Shown here: positions 44,955 through 57,309 of the stretch, one piece after another
How the letters are laid out: every line of letters starts with the position of its first letter
Position numbering within the stretch: position 1 is the stretch's first letter
Assembly (NCBI GenBank): GCA_002633005.1
Contig: NMRA01001095.1
Coordinates: forward strand, 1-57,309
Reading direction: 5' to 3'
Length of the DNA stretch: 57,309 nucleotides
Source of the DNA: Phoronis australis
Lineage: Eukaryota; Animalia; Phoronida
Translations under genes and position numbers: made by a program
Notes under the pieces: generated by a model
Told to the model about the DNA's origin: nothing
Seen by the model: the letters and a program-made list of their open reading frames with translations, nothing else
Databases searched by the model: none

Positions 44955-45997
44955 CCAAAGACCAAACAATAACAGGCCACCACTTTCGCACAAAAAACAA
45001 CTTGTAGCATACCCTGTCCTCACTGAGCATTTGACACAAAGAAAAATATAAAAATGGCCAGCATTGCCTCGTATAAAAACATAACCTACACAATAACCTG
45101 TCTTGACTGAGCAAGACTGTAATACATGTACCTACTGGTACATCTTCACTGATCAAGCAAACAGAACCTACAACTGTTGGCACAGCACTGTGAAAATCAC
45201 CGTGACTCCAAGGTCACAGTCATCCAATCCTCGTCACTCACAGCATTGCCTCGTTTTATTCGGATAACCTTTCGTTTATAAGAATTTGACGGTGCATGCT
45301 ATTCTAACGCAGAAGCCACCGTTGTACAGTTGCTAGGCGCTAAACTCCCCCTAGGAACCCGTAGTTACTGGTTCTTAGGCTTCACAGAGGTGAATTATGA
45401 TTCATTTAATTAATACGAGTGTGCATATAAAATTGTCCGTTATTCGTCAAATGCAAAGTGGGATGGAGGATGACCTTTTCGGCTAATCAAATGTCGGGTC
45501 AGTTGGGGGGAAACTGACTGACATCGTAGTATACGTCATCGCTGACCAAACGACAACTGGTCTTATTGGTCCCACAGTAATGGGGCGGTAACGCGACACA
45601 CTTGGGAAGTACATTATGTGTTGTGTTTAAGCAGTCCATTTTCAACCAAATTTATTGGAATGTGTTGATGACAGGTTTTCATGGTTAGTTAGCTTAGGCA
45701 TTTACTGTACATGTTCAGTTTAAAGTTATTAATTGTTATCTCTTGACATATATTTACAAACCATCCCAGCCCTAGCTAATCTTGAAGTTCCCCATTGGTT
45801 AGTTTTATATGTGGCGCACATTCTGATTGGTCGAATAGGTTCACTTGCATGTTATATGTTATATCTTTATACTACCACATCAGAAGCTTTTAATACATTA
45901 TACCGAGCACAAGTATTTTTTTCTACGAACCACCTCGGGTTTTATCTTTGTACAAATAATTTTATCCCTGTATTTAAAATAGGGACCCGTTGTTTTT

Positions 45998-47157
45998 AGA
46001 TAATTACAGGCCTATCTCTGTTCTTCCTGGCTTTTCTAAGATTTTCGAAAAACTTACTTATAATCAACTTCATGAATATTTTTAATCTAATGGCTTGCTA
46101 CATCCTGCCCAATATGGTTTTCGTGGGGGCACTCGACAGAACTGGCTTTAGTTGAAATTATGGATAGAATTGTCAAGGCTATGGAAAATAATAAATTACC
46201 CCTGGCCATTGTAGTTGATCTTTCCAAATCTTTTGACTCTTTAAGTCATTCAATTTTACTCGACAAACTTCTATATTATGGTTGTAATCCCTTGTCTATA
46301 TTGAGTCTGTTATTATTCATTATTTATATCAATGATGTTGGGAAGTGCACACGTTTCTTTGACTGCATACTTGATGCTGATGATTCTACTATTATTAATG
46401 GTATCCATAGCACATTGTCTGTTAATGAGTCACATACGTTTTGTGCGGAGCTGGAGAAAATTCAGTCTTGGTTATATGTAAATGGACTGGTTTTAAATGC
46501 AACTAAAACAAAATTTATGGTTTTTCATAAACCCCCAAACTGTATTGATGATTTTTATTTAAAGTTTAATAACTTGGAAATTGAAAGCGTTCGTTCTTTC
46601 AATTTACTTGGTGTTACCATTTACGAAAACTTGTTATGGAGTCCACACATAAACAATTTGTTGAGAAAGATAAGCAGATTCTGTGGTGTTCGTAATAACC
46701 TAAAACATTTCTTGCTCTTTGAAACATTGAAAATTGAATATAATGGTCTTGTCCTTCCTCATTTTAATTATGGCATTGTGCTTTGGGGGTTTGAACATAA
46801 TAGAATATTCAAATTACAGATCCTTTATTTAAGACTGCACAAATACTCAAAATAAAGGACTTGTATGTTGTTGCTATTATTACTTTTCTTCAATAAATAT
46901 GTTAACAATTACTTACCTTCATTTTTCAACGCGTTCAATTTAATAACCCGTGGGTCTGTTCATGAACATTACACTAGGCAACGACATCTCCTACAAACTC
47001 CTCGTTGTACTAAATCATTTGCTGAAGATTCAGTTCACAATGCCCTCTGGTGGCTCCATGGTCAGCGGACACTTCGGATCCTTCGCGGAGTCTCCATAAG
47101 TGTAAATTTGTATCAAGTGTAAATTTTGTCTGATCGTGAATAAAGTGTATTAAAAAA
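45998..47157 (+). mobile_element. CR1-group (Crack/Daphne/L2-like) LINE, 5'-truncated RT fragment
   Basis: NYRPISVLPGFSKIFEK, QYGFR, DLSKSFDSLSH.ILL.KL..YG, LFIIYIND, ADDST, LNATKTKFMVF, LGVTI; internal deletion; AATAAA and short A-tail at about 47138-47157. Confidence 0.9.
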
Positions 47158-47337
47158 GTGTTTAACTACTACTGAATTTCGAGTCAACTCTGACGTGCTT
47201 CGATGACTCGTAACATGTCAGAAAAGACCCGTCAGAAGATGACGCTGGGGCGTTCCATAGGTTCGAGTTCCACTGGGTCACACTGGGAATCATGTACGAA
47301 TTACGTCCAATGTTGATTTAACATCCACGCATGTTTT

Positions 47338-47495
47338 TAGTGGCGAATTTAAGGTGGGTCAAGGGGTCATGCCCCCCCCCGAAAAAAATTGCCTAGATTC
47401 CATTCGGCAGTACGGGTGTGGGAATCGTCTGATGGGTAAAATCCTGGCTAATAATCTGCCATGCCCCCCAACGCAAAATCCTGGATCCGCCCATG
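47338..47495. mobile_element. MITE (AGTGGCG.ATTTA / TGGATCCGCCCATG ends)
   Basis: Imperfect TIRs with G/C-run subterminal blocks; T-rich flanks. Confidence 0.65.
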
Positions 47496-48781
47496 TTTTT
47501 TTCTATGACATGTGGGTTGAGTATCATAGAGGGGGTTGTGGGCTATTCTTTTTAGCTTGCCAACCAAAGCACCCAGATTGAGGAAATAGCTTATTTCCTG
47601 AATGTTTTCCAAAATAACATTTCATTCTTTATGACTGGTGGGAACGTTAACTACTTATTTAGTCGGAGTCGTTATCCCCACCTTATACAGTATTTCATAC
47701 TTGCAAGAATTTACGAAAGCGTATCTTACGGCCTTACCAGGAAGGTAGTATCGGAGACATGACAGTTGCAGGCTATCTAAATGTGACAATAATCTTGAAT
47801 CTTGGATCCATATCCAGCACTGGTCACGTTTTGGCAACTGTAGCTTTCGAAATATCGGTGGCAGATTCTCTGCACTTTTACATAATTTGAAACATGGGGC
47901 TACATGTACCTGCAGCCATCGTCTCTAGAATATATGCACTGTCCAAGTTAATTTCTTTTTTGGTGTATCTGCCTCAACCACAATGTTTCCGGTTACACCC
48001 TACTTCTTCGCCGCACTATTTACCTCACGGGTCTCCCCGATTCTATTTACATGTCTGGCAATCTCAAATGCATTGTTTTGTACCTACAGCCCATGAAATT
48101 GTAGCCGATACTCAGCTAAATCGGAACTGAAGGTCCATCGAACTTGTTCACAATTTTCCGGATTTGATATACATGTAAATTAGAAGAATGGGGGAAAATT
48201 AAAAAAAAACAATTTCTCATGTATTCATGGCATTTAGGGAACCTTAACTAGTCTTACGCGGTTAGGTTTTGGCTCTCTTTTCCTCCTTTTGAATCAAATT
48301 GTCTCCCTGCCATCGTATAGTGTCAATTTTTCGCCTAATGGTTTCCTATTGTAGTTACCTGAGTACCTGACAGTGATCCAAGCGAATGTTTTAAGTTCAC
48401 GAATTCGTCGTTAGGTAAAAATTAAAACGTCGATGCGACAAGTGAATATTAAAAAGGGTAACTTTTGAGTAGAAATGTTCTTTTAAAAAGCTAGATTTTC
48501 GAGCAGTTATCAATGCTGTGTTATTTGTGCAGATAATTGTTTTTACGCGACAGCACTTTCGACTTTTGAAGGCTCGTATTTGATGAGCAATTCGAATGCG
48601 AGTTTGCACTTTCAATATACGGACTAACAAATCCTGTTTAAAGAGGCGTTGAACCTGAAACCTCCTCAATAGCATTGGCAATTTTTCATGCTAAGGATGC
48701 CTGACTGTGGTTGGGGTTTAAGCTCCATTGTAAAAATGTTATGCGTGCGACAAGGTTTGTCAGTTGTGTGGTACATCCCGC

Positions 48782-48872
48782 TATTATGATTATTATTATT
48801 ATTGTTGTTATTATTATTATTCTTATTATTATTATTGTTTTTCTTATTATTAGTATTATTATTATTTAATTA
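48782..48872. repeat. (TAT)n microsatellite, probable (AAT)n tail of the adjacent minus-strand LINE
   Basis: Seen directly; short (CATAA)n also at about 48978-48998. Confidence 0.85.
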
Positions 48873-48874
48873 TT

Positions 48875-49345
48875 GTAGTGGCATAAGGGTGCCAGTCAAT
48901 ACATGATGTCAAATACAGAATATTCACCACACAACTCAGCCTCAATGGGCTTACTCAGTCACCTAATAACAATTAAACCATAACATAACATAACATAATG
49001 CACATACTCAAATCTGACAACTTCAGATTAGTTTACAAACAAGTAATTACTTGTAATCTGCAAAGCATCTTTAATGAATTTTGCTAGACCTTTCAAGTTA
49101 TTTTGAAATATGTAGGGCAGAACCCGGTATGAATGAAGTTCGAATATGAGCATATATTTCACAATGAAAGATGAAATGAACTTCATCTTCAATTCCGTTT
49201 TACAAACACGACAAATCCGTTCACTCTCAGGAATTCCGAAGTACCGCCCCACATCAACATCTCGCGGTGGAATACCTGCTCTCAATCGAGCTATGACGGA
49301 CCTCTGAGACTCCGAGAGATGTAAAATGTATACTCTTCTACACAA
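48875..49345 (-). mobile_element. LINE 3'-end fragment (C-terminal Zn-finger region and 3' UTR)
   Basis: QRSVIARLRAG...VGRYFGIPESERICRVC, then shifted-frame EDEVHFIFHCEIY; microsatellite tail downstream; clade uncertain. Confidence 0.75.
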
Positions 49346-52029
49346 TAGTCGTTTTTAGCAGATCTATATACGCAAAGTGCATGTATGTGTGCTGCCCGTG
49401 ATAAGAGTAGTTCTCCACACCTCCAGCATACAAAAACGCTCTGCAAGTCTGATTTAACGTTCTACATGTACATCTCATGTACACGATTGAATCTGGGGAC
49501 ACCTCCCCGTATACCTGTGAACCACTACAGCTGTAAAATTACGTAGATATATCAGTTTAGAAGGAAAATGTGTTTTCATTTTGTAATTAAGAAAGAGCAA
49601 GTATATTACTCTGGCACATTTTACGTTATTGTGAAAATTTGGTGTGTTCTGGCAATTTGAGCTGGTACTGATGTATCAAATGACTATATCACAAAATTAC
49701 GACACTACGTGCAATTTGTGACAATTTGAGTCTGCAGCGAAGTGTGAAAATTTGGGCCTTCACAACACTATACGAAAACATGCTCCACCCTCACAGCAAT
49801 CTATTCTTTTCAGAAAATGATTTTTTACAATTCATTCCGTCCAGACTGTAATCATCAGAACATGTGACGACAACGTGAATACTGTGCCAATGGAAGTGAC
49901 GGAGATATCTTTTCAATGCTGACGAATTTTGTTCATAAATTCAGTTCAAGTGAAGTAACACAAAACTTTCAAAGCACTGGCTTTTCCGTAAGTTAAATTG
50001 TCACATTTAGCCTGCGTACATGTATATGCAAAACACGGACAAGATGTTGACTGTACTCGTTCAGCAACAATTCTTCTGAGTGAGATGCATACTTTTCATA
50101 AACAATTTCAAACAGTTACAAGCTCAGATTATAGTTGCCTTCTCAGAGCTTTGTACATGTATGTGTTCACAAAATGCATGTTATAAATAACCTTGAATTT
50201 ATTATAAGCGGTTACACATTTGTGCTTTAATGGTATTGTTGGTTTCTGTTATTAGCAATTATCTATCGGTTAATCTTAATTACAGGGTGCAGTCTAAAGA
50301 TTGTAGCCACGTCGTCTTTATCATGTGACTCTCAGCTCCGATACAGTTCAGATAAGTAAGTCTTATGATAACACTCAAAGCGTATTAAGCTGATTTAAAA
50401 TAATCGCTTAATACACTCCTAACTTGAGGACAACATTCGCATATCATTAACATATGGGCATCTAGTGTAGGTTTTGGAAACACTCATCTGGGAAATTTGA
50501 CAACCCCGGTAATAGCACGTGCATGCGCACACCTAAGTGCTTGTGAACCTGAATTTCCTGCGCATTGGGTAGGTCATTTAAATTGGATGAATTAAGAATA
50601 ACGACAGTACATTGCACAATGGGTAAAACCAAAGTCATTTGCTAACACGTTTTTACTAATTTAGATACAGAAAGAAAAATTACAAAGGCACATTAACTCC
50701 AAAAATGTATAATTTTAAACAGTAATTGAGGATTGACAGCTAGACCGTCTTTACGAATTAACAATCGGTAATTCCGTATTTGCAACTGGCACTACTGATT
50801 GGCAATTCATAACAGAATGTTCAGTTTTATTGATTTTTTCGGCACTAATGTGCTTTTCTACTTAGTACAACGCTTTACTGTTAATGATTTTTTTCAAAAA
50901 TTTGCACGCAATTTTTCTAAAACAGAGCATTACATCTATTGTCATTTCTGAAAAGGGATATTTTTGTTGATTTTTAGCACAGACTATGTCTGTCCCAAGG
51001 AAAACTGTCCCAGTGACAAGATCGTGTATGGAACGTGTCATTACACAAGCGTAAGTGGGTGTTACCAAACATGATCAAATACATCACGCCCCGCTAACGA
51101 TAAGTCCGCAAGAGGGCCAGAAGCTGCTTGTCTATGTCGTGGAACGATATAGCAAATGGTGTAATCAACTTTCCACGTTATTTCGGTCTCTTTGTATTAC
51201 ATGTATGTCTGGAAAAGCGGTTTATACACTGTACTTGTTGTTGTAAATATAAAAAAACAATTTGAAAGCTCGTAGTGCATGTTGGAAAAGAGAGTTACCA
51301 GTTAGCTTCAATCATTTGGTTGTAAACCATGGTTTTGTTTGTTTCACGTTTTATACTCTGTTTCTGTTTAACAGGATTCTACAGTGTGCCGGGCAGCATG
51401 GCATGACGGACGTATCATACCTTGGAGTGACAATGACCTGGACAGGACGGTCAGATGGACGACCTGCACTAGGCGATCTGAGTATTTCATGTCATTGCGT
51501 TATGGGGCTGGGTGGACTTACCTGTAAGTTAATCTAATGAGCGTTTTTAAGATCAAGTTTCACACAGCACATCGCTTGTTTTTTTGAAACTATTTAATTT
51601 TTCTGGTGTCCAGGTTAGTGTTTTGGTGTGAAACGTCCAAAGAAGATTCCAATACTCCACGCCGGTTTGCGACAATAATTTCAGAAGGTGGAAGGTTTTT
51701 TTTTCCATTTACAATAACATATTTATTCAAACGAACAAAGATCAACAAAAACTTTCAAAAGCTGAAGCTCATGCCACAGCATCGGCGGTCTGTACATATT
51801 TTTAACATTAATCACAAAAACAGGAACATGAAATTACACAATTATACACAACGCAACGCAACACAAAGCAACGCAACAACGTACAAAACAGTGAAGAAAA
51901 AAGCAAAAGACCATTTGATAGTTACGTTTAAGCTATATGCAGTTCAAAGGTACTAACTGAATTTCTGTTCTGGCATCTGGTCAATTCTATGGTTCTCTTC
52001 TTATTTCAAAAGCACATTTTCAATCCTCC

Positions 52030-53340
52030 CATTTTTTGTATCATAATATTTCCGTGTTTAAAGAATCACCGACTTCTACATCAAACACACCCTCACAAAT
52101 GTTTAAGACATATTGAATTACATGTAGGTATAACGTTGTCAAATTTTGTTTTAAAAATGAAAACTTGAACCAGTTCAAAATTCTATTCTGTTCATTTTGA
52201 AGACATAAAATATACAGTGTAATGGCCGTTTTGTTCATTTCAAAATTTACTTGCATTGCTGCCATTAAACAGAGGCGTACCCCATGACAAAAAGAGTTAA
52301 CAATTTACATTGAAAGACTAAATTTTCTAAAGTCTCGGGAAATCATCTACAAAAAGTACAATAGTTTGAGTCCTCATCTCTAATCTTACTTAAATAATTA
52401 TATTCCAGAATTCTATGCAGCAAGCGGAACTGAGAGAAAAGTATTTTTTTATCAATCATACATTCATGTGGAAGTTTGTAATAGAAATTCCACATCTTCT
52501 CTGATAGCGAAAATCCCAATACTTCGAATTTCTATGGTGCCAATGGTGCTATGTAATTTTCGCACAGATTATTGTAAGAATTTCGACATCCTTTTTCGTC
52601 AAATTTATATTTATGAAGAAAAAAAAATAAAGTGGTCCATATACCTTTTTTTGAAATAATTTTAGGAAAGCGTATTGAAATACGTTTTCACTGCATTAAC
52701 AATTTTGGGAAAATGGCATTAATCTGATAATTCGTTTGAAAACTGTCAAAGTTTTAAAAGTTACTGCTCCAATCTAAAAAAATCGTTCACACATACTACA
52801 CCTTTTACAACGAACAACTCATAAGTACAAGGTCTGTATTCCACCGTAATATTACTGTTGACACACACATTGATTGATGCGGTATATTCGTGCGCCGAAA
52901 TGGTTTGTTTGTTGACTAAAATGCTCCAATACTGGAAAAGATCCTTTACAAAAAGGCTTACAGTTATCTAAACTAGTAAACCTATAGTCGCCATAGCTCA
53001 GCATTCCATCTCTAGTGAGCATGATATTTTGCATAGATATTTTGTTACAAAGAGTCTTCCAATCCAAGAATTTTTTAAAGACATATTAAATTTCCAATCA
53101 TTTTCACTCCACCCTCCTCTTTGGATTTAATGAGTACCTCTCTTTTTGTTATCAGGTTTACCGTCCCAAATAAATTTAAAAACAAAGTTCCAATAACGCC
53201 AAAAGTAGTATTATTGGGACTCGTAAGCAACGTTAGCAAATGTACAAATTTTGGAAGCACAAGCGTTTTTAATACTGTGGCCTTTCCAAAGATAGTCGGC
53301 TTTCTACGAGAACATATGTTGATCAGAATCTTCATAATCG
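52030..53340 (-). mobile_element. L1/Tx1-clade LINE ORF2 3' fragment, heavily decayed
   Basis: TIFGKATVLKTLVLPKFVHLL...KREVLIKSKEEGG; zf-RVT-like NYCTFCR*FPETLENLVFQC near 52300-52380. Confidence 0.8.
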
Positions 53341-54551
53341 TTATTTTTTTCACCGAAGATATCTTTGAACCTAGTTTCCGTACTCACAATGAAATTAAAA
53401 ATGCATCTGCTTAAGTGTTGACATATTTTCTCACATCACGACAACAACTTATGGCAGTATAACTCAGCGATAAGATGGCGTAAAGAGCAAGTTGTGTGCG
53501 TGGAAGAAGTTGACATTTTCGCATATCCGACTGCCTTCATTACATGGGTGGTGCACTACAGGCGGCAGGGGGCTGTAGCTCCCCACCTTTTCCAGTTCTG
53601 CACCTACCGTGGTTCACACTTTTGTGTATGTGTGCGTGCGTGCGTGCGTGTGTGTGGTTGTACATGTATGTGTGTACTATTGTAGTGCAGCCTGAGATTG
53701 CCACAAACACCCAAACTGTCACAACAATGTTGTGCTAATGGAACAATTTAGGTACGTTGATGGGAAACTTATCAAAAAGATGTGATACATTATAAAACAC
53801 AAATTTTCGTAATGCCAGGCCAATAAGAGAATCGATATTTCATTTTGCTCCCTCAAAAATGTACCCGATAAGGATGACATTTGTAAACATTTGCTTTATG
53901 TGTTTTTGCTTCGTTTTGGCTTAAAGGATAATGCCACCCAAAAAGCAACATATTTTGTATCAATTTAGATTGAATCGTTCCACTCGGTAACAGCAAGACA
54001 CAATTCTTTTACTTGACACCAGACGGCAGACTGAGGTGTTGAAATTAAAAAATGACGTCAGAGGTTCGAACGCAGTCTGCTGAGCGCTTACTGGTGTCAA
54101 CTTTTCGCTTCAATTCATCATTTTACGCTAATAAATCATCCAAATTTGTTGTAAAGCCCTCACAAATTCGTCGAGTTATTGAGCATTAGTGTTTTTTATT
54201 TCGGATTATAGGTATTTGAACGTACCGTAGACAAAGTTCGGTAGTTGGCCAATTTACCAAGGGCGGTCGCGGGAATTTGAAACCTGTTAGGCGATAAATT
54301 CGAATTGTTCGTCCGTGAAATACAGAGAGGAGAACATAGCTGTGCGTTGCAATTTCAGACTTCCGATATTTTTGGGTTCTGAACACAAAACGCTTCATAT
54401 TCCGGCCATTGGCTCGGAACCCGATCAAGCGAGTGCTCATACGACAAAGACTCCACAGCCCGATCGTTAGGTTTCACAGGCTATCAGTTCGAACCGGAAT
54501 ACACTGATCAAGAAATACTAGAGAGGCGCCATTAACGTGCATACGGGACAT

Positions 54552-54757
54552 ATGGATACTTCCGAAAACCGTTTGAATGAGTTTTCATGGTGTCAATACT
54601 CTAAGTGCACGATAATGGAAACGACTGACGCTTGCGCTTGCTGCCACTGACGAAATTCTGGAAGTGAAACGCCTTCTTGGAGAAGCGCAGATGTGTCTTA
54701 CGGACCACCCTGATTTTGCACCGCATCTGTATTGCCTCTTGCAAGCAAACTTATAAC
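54552..54757 (+). pseudogene. KolX-like (P2X7 C-terminal-like) remnant
   Basis: MDTSENRLNEFSWCQYSKCTIMETTDACACCH, frameshift, then EILEVKRLLGEAQMCLTDHPDF; fits the pattern RL...WCxCxxCxxMxTxxECxCCxE...CxTxHPxF. Confidence 0.75.
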
Positions 54758-55354
54758 CGTGTATTGTGCCGTGGGGAAAAAGCTGAAAAATAAACAAAGG
54801 CCAGTAACAATTCTTCCGAATTTCTCTAAAATGATATACATTACACAAAATCAGATATATGATAAGTCAACTGACTCTAGGGAAAAAGCTGACGAAAAGT
54901 AGCCATGACACACTCAAGCGGGACAACAGTAGTCCGTAACATTAAATAAAATCGCTAAAAACGGTACGAAAGCTATGCTAGGTTATACAATGGGTAAGAA
55001 ACTTTTACAACTTAGGCCAACAGTATGATTAGCCACAGCTTGGCATGAAACAGACTGTCAGACGAAAATTAAGAATGAACAAACCACATGCGCGGCTCAA
55101 AGTGTAGGTGCACCGTCACAGTTTCTGAACAGAGGTCTGCTAATGACATTTTAGGGCCGGGAAAAAGAACTGGCGAAAACATTCTACAGCTAGGACCAAA
55201 CAGAAGCCTGACGAACGAGTCAGTCACCAAACAGGTTATATAAAAGTTTGTGTTCTCATGCCTTGAATTGACTGTAATTGTTAATGTTTTCATGGCCAAC
55301 TACAATTCTCTATAATCAAAAACTGATCAACAATCGATCTGCGTTTGCCTCTTG

Positions 55355-55622
55355 CCAACACACTAGCCACAACATCTGACTTTAACCTCACTTTTTACCT
55401 AAGCATGAGTTGTTTAGTAAGCAGGCGTTCGACAAAATGCCGGCCATAGACATGGAGATGTTTCAGTGCTTTATTCTTGGTATTGACCGCGTACTTTTCA
55501 TTCTTCACTACCGCCAGCCACTCCCGAAGCATTATGGGCTCTCGAGAAAATCGAATAAAAGATATACCCGCTTTTCTTGCAGCTTCATAGTTCGAACAAG
55601 CAGGAACGATACACTATACCAT
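55355..55622 (-). pseudogene. THAP-domain transposase 5' remnant
   Basis: MV*CIVPACSNYEAARKAGISFIRFSREPIMLREWLAVVKNEK...LHVYGR, then shifted-frame VRLKSDVVASVL (decayed AVP motif). Confidence 0.75.
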
Positions 55623-57309
55623 AGCGGCACTCACACTGCAAAAGAACCACTGACGTCGCTGAGTCGTTTCTCACCTTCCTTACAGGTTTACGAGACACCT
55701 CTCGGCGAGGTAGGATCGACCGTATACGAAGTGATGTGGATATAGACCGATTAAGTCGGTAAAGAAGATAAATTAAAACTGGTGGCATACTCCTTTAATT
55801 GTTCAGCTCCGCCTAATAGCGAGGATCAGGAAAGCAAAACCTTAAAAAATTCAGCTTAATCAGATTGTGACAAACTCACTTCTTGAGATGCTAACGTGGA
55901 AGTTAATCACTTTGAGTATAGCAAGAATTATTCTGTAGAAAAAATTGTCATACTCACTATTTTTGAAAAAGATGCGAAATATATGTAAGACTATTTCATC
56001 CCAATGCAGTTTTCAAATTCTCTGTTCTTATAAGCTATATGCGCACATGCACTCAAAGAATTGCCAGTTAACAATTCCCAAGTGCATAATCGCCGTTGTT
56101 TTGTTTACATCAAAGGAAAAGATCACATTTAGGATATAAGCGAAACGCGTTACGTCAATGTCTGGCCATACCAAATAGGGACACGTGTTTTGCCTTGTGG
56201 AGAGTTGAGAAATATCGACGAAATGGCGACCTTTTGGCGGATCTAGGTTTTTGAAATTTGAAACTACATGCAGAAGAAAAATGCACAAATTCAAAATCTT
56301 AATGGAAAGACCGTAAAACACGTATCTTGCGACTTTAAGTGTGGGTCTGCACACCTGGAAAATGTTCTAAACTCTGAGCCCTGCCTTTAGCTGTCTGTGC
56401 GTGCGCGCGCTTGTGTCTGGTAACAACTACCGCTGCAGCATCAAGTATACCTCGGTTTTAGACAAAAATTCGGTTTTCGTCGTGTAATTAGGAAAGCGAG
56501 CCCTTTTTGACAGAACATTAATTTTTTATCGCTAGAACATTCCCTTGACATATCTTGCATTATTGTGACGATTTGAGTCTGTGCTATACTACATGCTCAA
56601 ATTACCACGCGAAAAATTGTTGTGAAAATGTGTACTATTGGTGACGAATAACAACTGCTGCTTTGATCGACGTTGTCACAATTTTGAACTTGCGACAACT
56701 TGGGACATTGTGACAATTTGAGCCTGCACACAGTTCTTCCATTCGTAGATTGGTAGCTGAAACTGAATGCATTAGCAGTTCCGTGATTTTCAGAATTAGT
56801 TTCATCTACTTAAATTGCCAGGTTCTCGAAATCAGCAGCTACGAAAATGACGGTACATGTAAGATAGGAACCACCAGCTCTGAGCACACCGAGCTTCCCA
56901 ACGGATGATAGACAGAATGATTCCTGATGAAGTGACGCTCCTGAAACAATTCTACAGTAGCGACACAACTTGACAAGAGTGTCGCAAGATAGCTCATTAC
57001 ATCATCATTAGTCCTCCACACCTTCTGTTTACTTAGTGAGGAACAATTTGTAAAAGTTCTGGCTCATGCGACAAGCCATAACATTTTGAAGAACTTGTAT
57101 TTCCAGATCAATTAGTTAAGTGAAACTGTCTTATCCATTTGTCCTGGTAACTTAGTATTGGTAAAATTTTTAATTGGGTTTAGAAACACATAGAAAGCTT
57201 CACATGAGAATAGATTTAAGTCCTGGTTGGTTATTTTGTTAAACTTGACAACTAAAACTGGCACCACATGACCAACAACGTGTATCTTTGACAACAGGAC
57301 CTAGGGCAA

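Larger units (their letters stand above)
53925..55794 (-). mobile_element. Kolobok-type element, both ends present, internally deleted
   Basis: TTAA at 53921-53924 and 55795-55798; TIRs AGGATAATGCCACC and AGGAGTATGCCACC; convergent KolX-like (+) and THAP (-) remnants. Confidence 0.88.

Noticed and set aside
47255-47275. tRNA gene or tRNA-derived SINE head (GGTTCGAGTTCC; similar reverse B-box at about 6620-6633)
   Set aside because: Isolated B-box-like words without an A-box or cloverleaf.
468-57294. Most 60-130 aa ORFs in the supplied track as independent genes
   Set aside because: They are exon read-throughs into introns, antisense or off-frame shadows of exons and TEs, or random ORFs, many with non-ATG starts.
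1-57309. CRISPR array, operon or prokaryotic defence system
   Set aside because: The sequence is eukaryotic with spliceosomal introns; there is no repeat-spacer array. The short repeats at 31263-31510 and 32390-32670 are TE subterminal repeats without regular unique spacers.

Overview
Eukaryotic, AT-rich genomic window with GT-AG introns, most likely from a marine invertebrate (inferred; the taxon cannot be fixed from the sequence). Bases 1718-38346 (+) carry the 3' part of one receptor-type protein tyrosine phosphatase gene. I could splice 29 exons into one open frame of about 1408 aa: six FN3 repeats, a membrane-proximal FN3-like unit with an RTRR furin-type site, one TM helix, an active-looking D1, a degenerate D2 and a C-terminal YANF motif. 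The signal peptide and 5' exons lie outside the window. The D1 WPD/VHC exon appears twice across an N-gap, probably as an uncollapsed haplotype. The introns and downstream 19 kb hold decayed transposons: an ISL2EU-type element with both ends and an AT TSD, ending 16 bp before a splice acceptor AG; a Gypsy fragment with a tRNA-Leu PBS; two TTAA-flanked Kolobok derivatives with convergent THAP-transposase and KolX-like (P2X7-C-terminus-like) remnants, one holding nested MITEs; and CR1-group, L1/Tx1 and RTE-like LINE fragments. The palindrome TACATGTA is strongly enriched and behaves like a Tc1/mariner-type excision footprint. No CRISPR, rRNA or intact tRNA genes are visible. Nothing here is clearly a new biological system; the best leads are the footprint signal, the KolX remnants, the acceptor-adjacent insertion and an RTE 5'-UTR structured motif.
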